The notes beneath the pieces were generated by a model that saw nothing but the letters and a program-made list of their open reading frames with translations, was not told where the DNA came from and searched no databases. Below, one piece after another: positions 56,077 to 64,000 of a stretch of 64,000 nt of DNA. How positions within the stretch are numbered: position 1 is the first letter of the stretch; every line of letters begins with the position of its first letter. Position numbers and translations under genes: made by a program. Source of the DNA: Escherichia phage vB_EcoM_Goslar; the sequence record NC_048170.1. One strand, given 5' to 3'.

Positions 56077-57378
56077 TTAACTAATATAAAGTTCAGGATC
56101 GTAAGGCGCTAACGATACACTGGCGTTATGCATTGCTTTCATCATAGTGTTCATGAAAACGTTGTTTACACCGGTGATCTCCGCCCCGATCGCGTCTGGG
56201 GTTGGAGCCATCGCGTTACCGCAACAGGTAGCACAGTATTCCAACGGACCCGCTTTACAGCGCTGAGGATCGCGTAACTTGATGGTTTGTCCTTCCAAGG
56301 AAGCAAGTAATTCAGCATCAATAAGTTTAAGCGCCGCACCGTCGATCATGTAACGGCCGACAAGCAGCTTATCTTTGATATGATCGCGGTTTACCGTGAA
56401 CAGAATATGTTCTTGGGTACCACAGTCGTCCATCGTGATTTTAAGGTTCTGTGTCGCACGTTGTGATTCTTTCGCCGTCTGTCCCGCTAAAGCGGTCAAC
56501 GCACCACGTGAGAACGAACCCGCACGTGCACTGTTGTTGTACTCCGCCCAATGGTCGACACGCATCCCTTCAGCCAGGCTGTGCGTGATAACGTTACGTT
56601 TACCAGGGTCAACGAAGTCGGCTTCAACCCCCATCATGATGTGCGTTTTCTTTCGAGTATTACCGAAACTCTTGCCAGGGTTAATATAGAACCCTTCCGA
56701 TTCGTCGCCCTTAAAGGATTCCTTATCCATTTTGGTTAGCGTGGCTTCGAGTTTAATAAGTTCTTCAGGCGTGAACTTACCTTCCTCTTGCAGACGCGCT
56801 AACTCTTTATCACGATAGGCAATAATATCGTCATCGACCGTTAACGCTTTATCGCTCATCGATGGGACAATTAAACGGTTGATGGCGGTTAATGCGCTGA
56901 TATTGTTGGTGAATTTCTTCACTTCGCTTGCGTACAGCGGGCCAATAGGACGTTCGTTAGGATCGGGTATCCCCTCTTCGGGATCGTCCGCTACGCGCGG
57001 CGCAATCAGTGATTCCAGTGTACCGCTGGTCAACCGTCCTGCCTGATATTCAATCTGAATACCGAAAGCATCATAAAGGACGTACATATTGAACAACGCT
57101 TCACCGAAGGTTGTGGTGGTCGTATTCTTAACCGACGGTAGATCACCAGGTGCGAGCTCCAATGGCTCCCAGAAACTCAACAAGGGTTTTGTTGGCTCGG
57201 TTTCCCATTGATGTTCCTCACCGTCGATGGTAACCGTAACGACGTTACCTTGACGACGTAATTTGGGCTGATACTTCTCAGCACCACCTTCCGTAAAAGC
57301 AAATGCGTCGTTAATCCATTCAAGATAACGGTAGTGCCCTTCACGCATCGCGTAAAGGAAATATTCACGAGGTGTCAT
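56077..57378 (-). CDS. hypothetical protein (433 aa) with C-terminal Cys cluster
   Basis: ORF track; ATG with AAGGAG 7 nt upstream; CKAGPLEYCATCCGN near C-terminus. Confidence 0.8.
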   Translation of the reverse strand: MTPREYFLYAMREGHYRYLEWINDAFAFTEGGAEKYQPKLRRQGNVVTVTIDGEEHQWETEPTKPLLSFWEPLELAPGDLPSVKNTTTTTFGEALFNMYVLYDAFGIQIEYQAGRLTSGTLESLIAPRVADDPEEGIPDPNERPIGPLYASEVKKFTNNISALTAINRLIVPSMSDKALTVDDDIIAYRDKELARLQEEGKFTPEELIKLEATLTKMDKESFKGDESEGFYINPGKSFGNTRKKTHIMMGVEADFVDPGKRNVITHSLAEGMRVDHWAEYNNSARAGSFSRGALTALAGQTAKESQRATQNLKITMDDCGTQEHILFTVNRDHIKDKLLVGRYMIDGAALKLIDAELLASLEGQTIKLRDPQRCKAGPLEYCATCCGNAMAPTPDAIGAEITGVNNVFMNTMMKAMHNASVSLAPYDPELYIS

Positions 57379-57391
57379 GTAACAACTCCTT

Positions 57392-58264
57392 TTAAACCTG
57401 GGTCAGGTCGCCGCGACGTGAAACGAACTCTGATAACGCTCGGGTTGCTTCTTTGGATTCTTCAGCCATCGGGAAGTTTGCGGTAATAAGTTCTCGTAAG
57501 ACGGGAATAATTTCATTATCTTCGAGATCAGAAGCTAAAGCGAATGCAATCAGTTCTTGGGTGTATGCATACGGTTGCTGGCGTAATGTAGCCAACTGAT
57601 TCCGACACTGCGCCATCAGCAAGTCTAGTGGAACCGCTATCGTACCCCCTTCATCAATATACTGGCTGAACACCGGTGGGAACGCATCGCTGATGACACG
57701 AATTCGTCGACGAATATGATCCGGAATCAGGACGTTTTCTTCGTCGGTGATATTTTCGCTGTCTTTCTCCAGCTTCTTGGTCAGTACCTGTTGAATGCGT
57801 GGAAGTAAGCTTGAATGTACGAAATTGATTAACGGTGTTACGTTAACAGCATCAACGCCGTAAATATGATGCGCGCATTCCGCCAGCACTTCAGCTGTGG
57901 TGTAGTCTTCATCTTCAACGATAGCGAGTAGAAAAGCGGTATCGTCGTGTGTTTCCAGGTCTAATAACGTAGACGCCAGTGCATGAAGATATTTCAGGCT
58001 ATCCAGAGTTAGCTGTCCTTCGTTAATTCGGATCCCGAAGGCAAGCAATTGTTGTTTATAAAGTTCGATACATCCGTTTGTTAAAATGATATCTAATTCG
58101 TTTAAATCGTATTGTTCCCCAGCACCTGATAACATCGTACTGCAGAACGTTTCCAGTTGTTCGCATTTAAAATCTTGGTATAAACGATGCATGCAGTGCT
58201 GTAACAGCGTACGCCTTGTTTCAGGGATCTTACCTTCTAACAAAGCCAAGACGGAATCAATCAT
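57392..58264 (-). CDS. hypothetical protein (about 290 aa)
   Basis: ORF track frame; track start is GTG, ATG at 58264 has GGAGTGG upstream. Confidence 0.75.
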   Translation of the reverse strand: MIDSVLALLEGKIPETRRTLLQHCMHRLYQDFKCEQLETFCSTMLSGAGEQYDLNELDIILTNGCIELYKQQLLAFGIRINEGQLTLDSLKYLHALASTLLDLETHDDTAFLLAIVEDEDYTTAEVLAECAHHIYGVDAVNVTPLINFVHSSLLPRIQQVLTKKLEKDSENITDEENVLIPDHIRRRIRVISDAFPPVFSQYIDEGGTIAVPLDLLMAQCRNQLATLRQQPYAYTQELIAFALASDLEDNEIIPVLRELITANFPMAEESKEATRALSEFVSRRGDLTQV

Positions 58265-58360
58265 ATCCACTCCGATGCGGTAAATGTCTACTAGCTCTCA
58301 TAATCTATTGAAGAAACTACCAGCTTACGCCAACTTAGATTAATCAGGAGTAACCATCCC

Positions 58361-58834
58361 ATGCCAGTTTCATCCAAACCAAGAAAAAAATCCGTAGGAA
58401 ACCCTAAAGCTCAGGAAACAACAGCAATTCGTTGGGACGAGTTACGTGAACCTATCGAAAACTGCGAATTGTTATTGGGCACCCTGGGTGCGGCTATTTA
58501 CCAAGCGACGCAACCCTGTCGTTTACGATTAACCCAAAACAAACGTGATGAGTTCGTTGCGTTATCAACGAGCACGAATAAAGATCTGACCGAACTTCAA
58601 ACCGAGTTGACGACGATCAAGAACTCCATTACGCCGATGTATGGTAAAGAAGTCGATGAACAAAGTATTCTGTTACAGTACAACTACGGGATGTCGTTAA
58701 TGAACATCCTGGAACGCGCATCCGATATTCTGCGTCCTGACGTTGCACGCCTGAGCCAACTGCGTGTTGAAGGGATGGAGAACCAGATCCGATTCGCTAA
58801 CAGTGTTAAATCTCAAGGAGCCACCGAAGCATGA
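58361..58834 (+). CDS. hypothetical protein (157 aa)
   Basis: ORF track; ATG start. Confidence 0.65.
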   Translation: MPVSSKPRKKSVGNPKAQETTAIRWDELREPIENCELLLGTLGAAIYQATQPCRLRLTQNKRDEFVALSTSTNKDLTELQTELTTIKNSITPMYGKEVDEQSILLQYNYGMSLMNILERASDILRPDVARLSQLRVEGMENQIRFANSVKSQGATEA

Positions 58835-60495
58835 GCGAACAAGAAAAAGAAGTCGTGACGAATCAGGAAGCCACCGAACGTTCAGAGTCGTCCGTTGAAA
58901 CTACGATTCCGGCAAGTTCCGAGCCGGTTGGTTCCGCACAGCAGGAAAGTAAAGAAGATGTAGTGGCTCCAGAAGCAACCCGTGAAGAAGAACCATCACA
59001 TCCACCGCTAATCGATTTCTCGAAGGCGACGATACGTTTCCAATGCGAAGACATTCGTCCTAAGAGTCCGAAGAAAACAAAACGTCAGCCGTTGGTGTTA
59101 CCGCTGTATTCTCCGCGTGTACAGACAGCGTATTACCGGGAATACATCAACGAAGCAATGGATACCGTACAAGCCATTGTCGCTCAACGCGGTAAACCGA
59201 CAGACGAACAGTTTGATAAATTCAGTAAAGCGGTGGTGCAATCGGTTGCTGATGGACAATATCATCCGCGTGGTCCAGCTCACGATCGTGCGTTGGAACG
59301 TAAGGGCAGTCAGTGGACTAACGTGCCCGTAGACTCATCGGGTGTTGGTCGCGTTATTCCTGGCATCCCGCAACCGAACCATATTCCTGATGATGTCGAA
59401 GCGCCGCTGACAGGAACCGATGCGATCTATTTTGCCATCCGTAATACGAAATCAGGTGCGCCTGCGGTAATGCCGTTATGGCATAGCGGTATTAAGCTGC
59501 AGTTTAATCCGCCGTCAAATGAACGTGTCGCAATTATGCACGAACGTATTGCCCGCGATAAAATCCTGGGTGGACGTGATAGTACCGGTTTCCTGTTTTC
59601 GGCAACCTCGATTATCACCATGAAGCACGCAATCGAATTAGCATTAGAATGCTGCTACATGGCCAACGTACCTAACCTGGATATCCAGCGTTTGAAAGAC
59701 ATTATTCCGGTTACCGATGTTCCAGCGTTATTGTTGAACGTGCTGGTAACCATGTATCCGTACGGATATCCTTACGTACAGACCTGCTATCAGAATCCAG
59801 AAACCTGCGACTATCGTGTTGAAGATACCGTAAGCTTTGCGAAACTCTATCAAGTTGACAACAGCGCAATAACCAAACGTATGCGACAGATCATGACCGA
59901 AGGTCCGGTCATGACAGATGAACTTTTGCGTGAGTATGCAAACGAACTGGGTGAAACAAACTCCCGTACGTTGGATCTGTCCGACAACGGTTCTGTTATC
60001 ATTGAACTTGAAGTACCGAAGATTTCACGTCAGATCGCCATGGGCGAACGCTGGTTAAGCGATACCCTGGAAGATCTGCGTGATATTCTATCGCGTCCGT
60101 CAATGACCGAAGAAGAGCGTGATCGTGTTATTCGTGAACGTCAGTTCTATAGCTGGATGCGTCAGTATGATGCATGGATCAAATCCATGCACGTGTCAGT
60201 AAACGGCACCATGCGTCGTGTAAGCGATGCGGATACAGCAACGGTATTAGCGCAGCTGTCTCGTGATAGCGATCTTCGTGAACGCTATATCGATGGGTTG
60301 ATGCAATTCATCGGTGATTCGACGATTGCGCTCGCAGCGATGCCTGCCTGGAAATGTCCGAAATGTAATACCGATATTGCCGACAATCTGCGTGACCAGA
60401 AATACTACGATCTGATTGCTTTGGATGTACCCCAGCTTTTTTTTACCCTAAACTCCGTCCAATCTCTTCAGGAGGGGATGGACGCGGTATTCTAA
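58831..60495 (+). CDS. hypothetical protein (554 aa)
   Basis: ORF track; ATG with AAGGAG 12 nt upstream; start overlaps upstream stop (ATGA). Confidence 0.8.
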   Translation: MSEQEKEVVTNQEATERSESSVETTIPASSEPVGSAQQESKEDVVAPEATREEEPSHPPLIDFSKATIRFQCEDIRPKSPKKTKRQPLVLPLYSPRVQTAYYREYINEAMDTVQAIVAQRGKPTDEQFDKFSKAVVQSVADGQYHPRGPAHDRALERKGSQWTNVPVDSSGVGRVIPGIPQPNHIPDDVEAPLTGTDAIYFAIRNTKSGAPAVMPLWHSGIKLQFNPPSNERVAIMHERIARDKILGGRDSTGFLFSATSIITMKHAIELALECCYMANVPNLDIQRLKDIIPVTDVPALLLNVLVTMYPYGYPYVQTCYQNPETCDYRVEDTVSFAKLYQVDNSAITKRMRQIMTEGPVMTDELLREYANELGETNSRTLDLSDNGSVIIELEVPKISRQIAMGERWLSDTLEDLRDILSRPSMTEEERDRVIRERQFYSWMRQYDAWIKSMHVSVNGTMRRVSDADTATVLAQLSRDSDLRERYIDGLMQFIGDSTIALAAMPAWKCPKCNTDIADNLRDQKYYDLIALDVPQLFFTLNSVQSLQEGMDAVF

Positions 60496-60587
60496 TCGAT
60501 CCGCGATACGGGTTACACGACGGGCAACTTGTTCGTAATGATGAAAAAATCTGGGAATTGCTGTTAGCGCGTAAAGGCGATGGTGGC

Positions 60588-60917
60588 ATGAAGCTGAACA
60601 TCGAAATGGGTATTGCGTACGATACCATGTTTGGCTTGTACGATCGTGTTAACGACTGGACGCCGTTGAAATGGGTGGCTCAGCATCCCGCTGAAGATCC
60701 CTGGGACAGATTAGGGATTAAACCCTTAATCGAGGATTATGTCCGATTCGGTATTAAAGAGTTCATGACGCTGGATGCGTTTTTAAAAGCACCGTATCCT
60801 TACGCGCAAACGGTACTCAAAATCGCACAAGACGAACTGCGGAAACGTAGTGCGGTACTGGACGACGATGAGGACAAGTTACGACGAGAAGAAGAACGTT
60901 TACGAAACGGAAAATAA
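60588..60917 (+). CDS. small hypothetical protein (start uncertain)
   Basis: ORF track frame 60558..60917 begins with TTG; first ATG at 60588. Confidence 0.45.
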   Translation: MKLNIEMGIAYDTMFGLYDRVNDWTPLKWVAQHPAEDPWDRLGIKPLIEDYVRFGIKEFMTLDAFLKAPYPYAQTVLKIAQDELRKRSAVLDDDEDKLRREEERLRNGK

Positions 60918-60918
60918 A

Positions 60919-61428
60919 ATGGCGAGATTTACCAGTTTGATTGGATTGGACATTTGGGAAACACCGGCTGACGTTCGGGTTATTCCTGTCAACACCGTCG
61001 GTGTGATGGGACGTGGTCTTGCCAAGCAGGCTGCCGAGCGCGTGCCCGGTCTTCTTGAAGCGTACCGCAAGCAATGTCGAGATGGGTTTACGGTGGGTGA
61101 AGTCGTGTCATATCAGCATGGCGAGAACGATCAGCTCACCTACGTGTTGTTTCCATCAAAATCGGATTGGCGTGAAAGAACACGACGCGAGTATATCGTT
61201 AACGGTTTACTGGCGTTAAAAGCATGGTTATTGGAGCTTCAGTTCGAAAGAGACGGCTTCTCATACCACCGTCCGGCTGAACCGTTGATTGTCGCAATTC
61301 CTCCGGTTGGTTCTGGTTGCGGTAATATCGGTTACGGACAATCCGAAACAATCCAGCCTCAGTGGGTACGCGCACAAATCAAACAGTATCTTGCCACCGT
61401 ACCGAACGTTCATTTCTACTTGTTCTAA
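60919..61428 (+). CDS. macro-domain protein (Poa1p-like, putative ADP-ribose processing enzyme, 169 aa)
   Basis: ATG at 60919 directly after upstream TAA; motifs VIPVNTVGVMGRGLAKQAA and VAIPPVGSGCGNIGYG resemble macro-domain Gly-rich loops; ORF-track start 60850 would overlap upstream gene. Confidence 0.6.
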   Translation: MARFTSLIGLDIWETPADVRVIPVNTVGVMGRGLAKQAAERVPGLLEAYRKQCRDGFTVGEVVSYQHGENDQLTYVLFPSKSDWRERTRREYIVNGLLALKAWLLELQFERDGFSYHRPAEPLIVAIPPVGSGCGNIGYGQSETIQPQWVRAQIKQYLATVPNVHFYLF

Positions 61429-61444
61429 TGCAACGGTAACATAA

Positions 61445-61476
61445 CCCTCTCCCAACCCAGCAGGGAAGGGAGAGGG
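61445..61476. terminator. GC-rich hairpin ccctctccc-aa-ccc-AGCA-ggg-aa-gggagaggg, bidirectional terminator candidate
   Basis: Perfect stems between convergent genes; flanked by cataac / gcttatg arms. Confidence 0.6.
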
Positions 61477-61493
61477 CTTATGCTGTTATGCTA

Positions 61494-61868
61494 TTAATGT
61501 TCGTTCCAGATGGCATCTTCCGGTGGAACAATAGGATCTTTCCTTGGCATTGACGGCACTTCATGACGATGCTTACGGAACTGCCTATCAATAACCTCAC
61601 GAAGCCGGTACGCGTCAACCCATGTTGATTTATTGAACAGCTCCAATGTCACAGTTAATCGTGTTCTTGACATTGAATAGCTTTTCTTTGCAATCAAATT
61701 GGGATAATTCAGTTGAGCGAACCATGCACGTATTTGTGCTTCGGTAAAAGCGATGCTGTAATAACTAAGTTTACCGTCATTAAAATCGTGCGCGTGGGTG
61801 TAGCGTCCAGCGTAACGCCAGACAAGATGCACATTCAGATCGATCCATGGTGGGGTGGTATCAGCCAT
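61494..61868 (-). CDS. hypothetical protein (124 aa)
   Basis: ORF track; ATG with GAGGG 5 nt upstream. Confidence 0.6.
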   Translation of the reverse strand: MADTTPPWIDLNVHLVWRYAGRYTHAHDFNDGKLSYYSIAFTEAQIRAWFAQLNYPNLIAKKSYSMSRTRLTVTLELFNKSTWVDAYRLREVIDRQFRKHRHEVPSMPRKDPIVPPEDAIWNEH

Positions 61869-61877
61869 GTGTTACCC

Positions 61878-62447
61878 TCAACGATTCTTCATCACTTTAC
61901 CCAGGCTTTCGATATTATCCCAAAAGCGATTTTTACTTGGTGCATCGCCAACGATGACCGACATCAAATCGCGACGTTCACGACTGATGATGCCTTGTGA
62001 TTTCCAGATCACCATCGTCCAGCAAGCTGCCAGAACGAACAGATGGTTAATGCTCGGTTTGGTTTGTGCGATGAACGCAAGCCATGCCCAGATACCGGTA
62101 TATACTATCGTCACTAAAAAGAGGGAGATTGTTGCAACGACAACAACGAAGTTTTGGACAGCGGGTTGATTCGCGTTATCATGAATAGCGGTAAGATCAG
62201 GAAGGTTACCTTCAACTGAACTCGTTTCATCGATTTCCAATTCTTCGATTTCTTTTCGTGTGTCGGGAGCTAATCCGGCATCATCAAGATGCTTTTTTAA
62301 CCGCTGTATACTTAATCGTTGACCGACAGGAATGTTGATGTTGTCGTAACTATTAAGCGCATCAACCAGGGAGCGTCCATCAACGAGAACCAAGCTCGCA
62401 GTACCCATTGTCTGCGGTTTTATTTTGTAAAGGTCTTTTACTTTCAT
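61878..62447 (-). CDS. hypothetical membrane protein (189 aa, two predicted TM helices)
   Basis: ORF track; ATG with GGAGGTGG upstream; hydrophobic segments FVVVVATISLFLVTIVYTGIWAWLAFIA and LFVLAACWTMVIW. Confidence 0.65.
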   Translation of the reverse strand: MKVKDLYKIKPQTMGTASLVLVDGRSLVDALNSYDNINIPVGQRLSIQRLKKHLDDAGLAPDTRKEIEELEIDETSSVEGNLPDLTAIHDNANQPAVQNFVVVVATISLFLVTIVYTGIWAWLAFIAQTKPSINHLFVLAACWTMVIWKSQGIISRERRDLMSVIVGDAPSKNRFWDNIESLGKVMKNR

Positions 62448-62468
62448 GTAGACACCACCTCCAACGTG

Positions 62469-64000
62469 TTAAGCGTCTGGTGTAAAATCAAAAGGAATGT
62501 CCGTACGAATGATATCATAACGTTTTCCTAATAAATAGAACTCTTCGGGAACCTGGCCGGGAATAATGCTATCGCCGATGAACTGCGGATACGCCCAGAT
62601 GTACTGAGTGAGTCCTTCGAACATATCCAGGTTATTTGCGTGGTTACCCATGATACGTTTCCAGAGTTCGCGTTTATACGGTGTTTTAACATCGAATCCA
62701 TAAAGCGGTGCAAGATCTTCACCAGGAACAAATCCCAGGTAATAATGGATCTGACTAACCGGGAAACCAAGCGTATCTCGCGGAATGGTGATCGCTTGCT
62801 CAGCCTTGGTGACATGCGTTTCAATAATCCAGTCGTAGCACTCCGAATAGAACCGATCGAATTTCTCTGGGTTATACCACGCTTTGGGAAGATTCAGTTT
62901 CTCCGTGAACGCGTTCGACATGATCGTCGGCAAGAACGGAAGAACGCCGGTTTTGATCTGCGTGTATTTCGATTTTACCCGGTTAACCAAATTCCAGCAA
63001 CTGTATCCTAATTGGTCGTTACAAAACTCAACGTAGAGATCGTAGTCACCACCGGATAACGGGTTGTTAATATCACCGATGTCTGCGGCGTATTTGTTGG
63101 GATATCGGTTATTGAAAGCCAGTTTGGTTTGGTAATCGTAGATACACGGTTTGTTGTTCGCTGTATTGATCCACCACCAGGGTTCACCTACTTGTACACA
63201 AATGTCCTGGACATGGGGGTAGATGATATCAGCAAACGCGGTTAACACATCCCCTAACCACGCCATCGCCTGTTGGTTACATGGAGACAGCAACCAGGAC
63301 GGTGGTGTATATCCGGTTGCTGCGATGTTTCCTTCCCAATCCTGCTGCGCCCACTCGAATGGACACGCCGTACTCATCAATTCGTAACTTAAACTGATGG
63401 TGACAGAGAAATGGTGTTTTGCAGCATATGCGGCGAAAGCTTCATGCCACGCGATACAGGGTGGATTTAATACATCCGTGGTGTTCACCAGTAACTTACC
63501 CGCACTTGGCGTCCAGACAGTATCGTAGAAATGCGACATTCCAACATAATGCACTAATTCATCCTGATATCCCGCATAAACCAGGTTTTCAAATACACGC
63601 TCTGGCGTGATGTTGTAATGGTCATCGTAAGCGGTTATCGCACGAAGTTCGTGTGGCGTACAATGATGGCGATTAACCGTCATTTCCTGATACACCCCAT
63701 CGATAGGAAGAATCTCGAGGGTTAAACCGAGGTCGATTGGCGTTTCCAGATAGGTCGTTTCAGTCGCATCTTCCTTATAATGTCGAGAACTCATGCTGAA
63801 CATCAACGACGTTACCGATTCAAGTTCGATAGGTTCGTCAGCATAGAACCCCGCCATTGCGTCATTGAAATCGATCGTCACGATTGCGCTTGTACCGTCT
63901 TCAGAGACGTCGGTCGCATATCGGGTTAATGAGATATACTGACGGCTATCGTCTTTGTGTACGATGGTTAGAACCGGCGGGTTTTCGGTATCTGCAAAGT
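62469..64000 (-). CDS. hypothetical protein, 5' end probably beyond window end (>=510 codons in window)
   Basis: ORF track gives 62469..63881 from GTG, but the same frame has no stop from 63882 to 64000 (checked codon by codon) and stays protein-like. Confidence 0.65.
   Translation of the reverse strand, partial: FADTENPPVLTIVHKDDSRQYISLTRYATDVSEDGTSAIVTIDFNDAMAGFYADEPIELESVTSLMFSMSSRHYKEDATETTYLETPIDLGLTLEILPIDGVYQEMTVNRHHCTPHELRAITAYDDHYNITPERVFENLVYAGYQDELVHYVGMSHFYDTVWTPSAGKLLVNTTDVLNPPCIAWHEAFAAYAAKHHFSVTISLSYELMSTACPFEWAQQDWEGNIAATGYTPPSWLLSPCNQQAMAWLGDVLTAFADIIYPHVQDICVQVGEPWWWINTANNKPCIYDYQTKLAFNNRYPNKYAADIGDINNPLSGGDYDLYVEFCNDQLGYSCWNLVNRVKSKYTQIKTGVLPFLPTIMSNAFTEKLNLPKAWYNPEKFDRFYSECYDWIIETHVTKAEQAITIPRDTLGFPVSQIHYYLGFVPGEDLAPLYGFDVKTPYKRELWKRIMGNHANNLDMFEGLTQYIWAYPQFIGDSIIPGQVPEEFYLLGKRYDIIRTDIPFDFTPDA

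Noticed and set aside
56077-57378. RNA polymerase beta or beta-prime fragment (phiKZ-like phages carry split multisubunit RNA polymerases)
   Set aside because: I looked for NADFDGD-like and GGQRFGEME-like signatures. Only a weak EADFVDPG resemblance is present, which is insufficient.
60850-60918. Longer N-terminal extension of the macro-domain gene (ORF-track start 60850)
   Set aside because: The extension overlaps the preceding ORF in another frame and its translation (MRYWTTMRTSYDEKKNVYETENK) lacks a ribosome-binding site. The ATG at 60919 directly follows the upstream stop codon.
4846-61476. Possible CRISPR array, given a repeated GC-rich element
   Set aside because: The copies are palindromic hairpins scattered 1-10 kb apart between genes, not direct repeats with regular 30-40 bp spacers.
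1-64000. tRNA or rRNA genes
   Set aside because: No stretch with a tRNA-like T-arm (GGTTCGAAT-type) or acceptor-stem symmetry was seen in intergenic regions. The only long non-coding region (50470..51288) is better explained as a group I intron.

Overview
This 64-kb window appears to be a densely packed segment of a large lytic phage genome. By inference from gene sizes, paralog families and architecture it resembles a phiKZ-like jumbo myovirus with enterobacteria-like codon usage; this is not confirmed by any search. I call about 52 protein-coding genes, mostly on the minus strand. The core is a virion head module: a 740-aa codon-optimised major structural protein (capsid candidate), a tandem array of acidic-N-terminus paralogs whose shared motif recurs in three 930-1125 aa proteins, and several other large proteins. 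The strongest single finding is an exonuclease-like gene (FDIETD / N..FD / Y...D motifs) followed by an HNH homing endonuclease ORF and an ORF-free region carrying group I intron core elements (P, R, S) with compensatory P7 pairing, then a short start-less open frame; this looks like an intron-interrupted gene. Other notable items: a GC-rich palindromic hairpin with a GNRA-like loop present in 15 copies, almost always just 3' of a stop codon; an HExxH metallopeptidase-like membrane protein; a Poa1p-like macro-domain protein (possible anti-defence); a tail-anchored protein with three tandem charged 18-aa repeats; a Q/Y/P-rich prion-like N-terminus; and a block of small tandem paralogs. Two genes run off the window edges. 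No rRNA, tRNA or CRISPR array was found by eye. All product calls rest on motif reading, not database searches.
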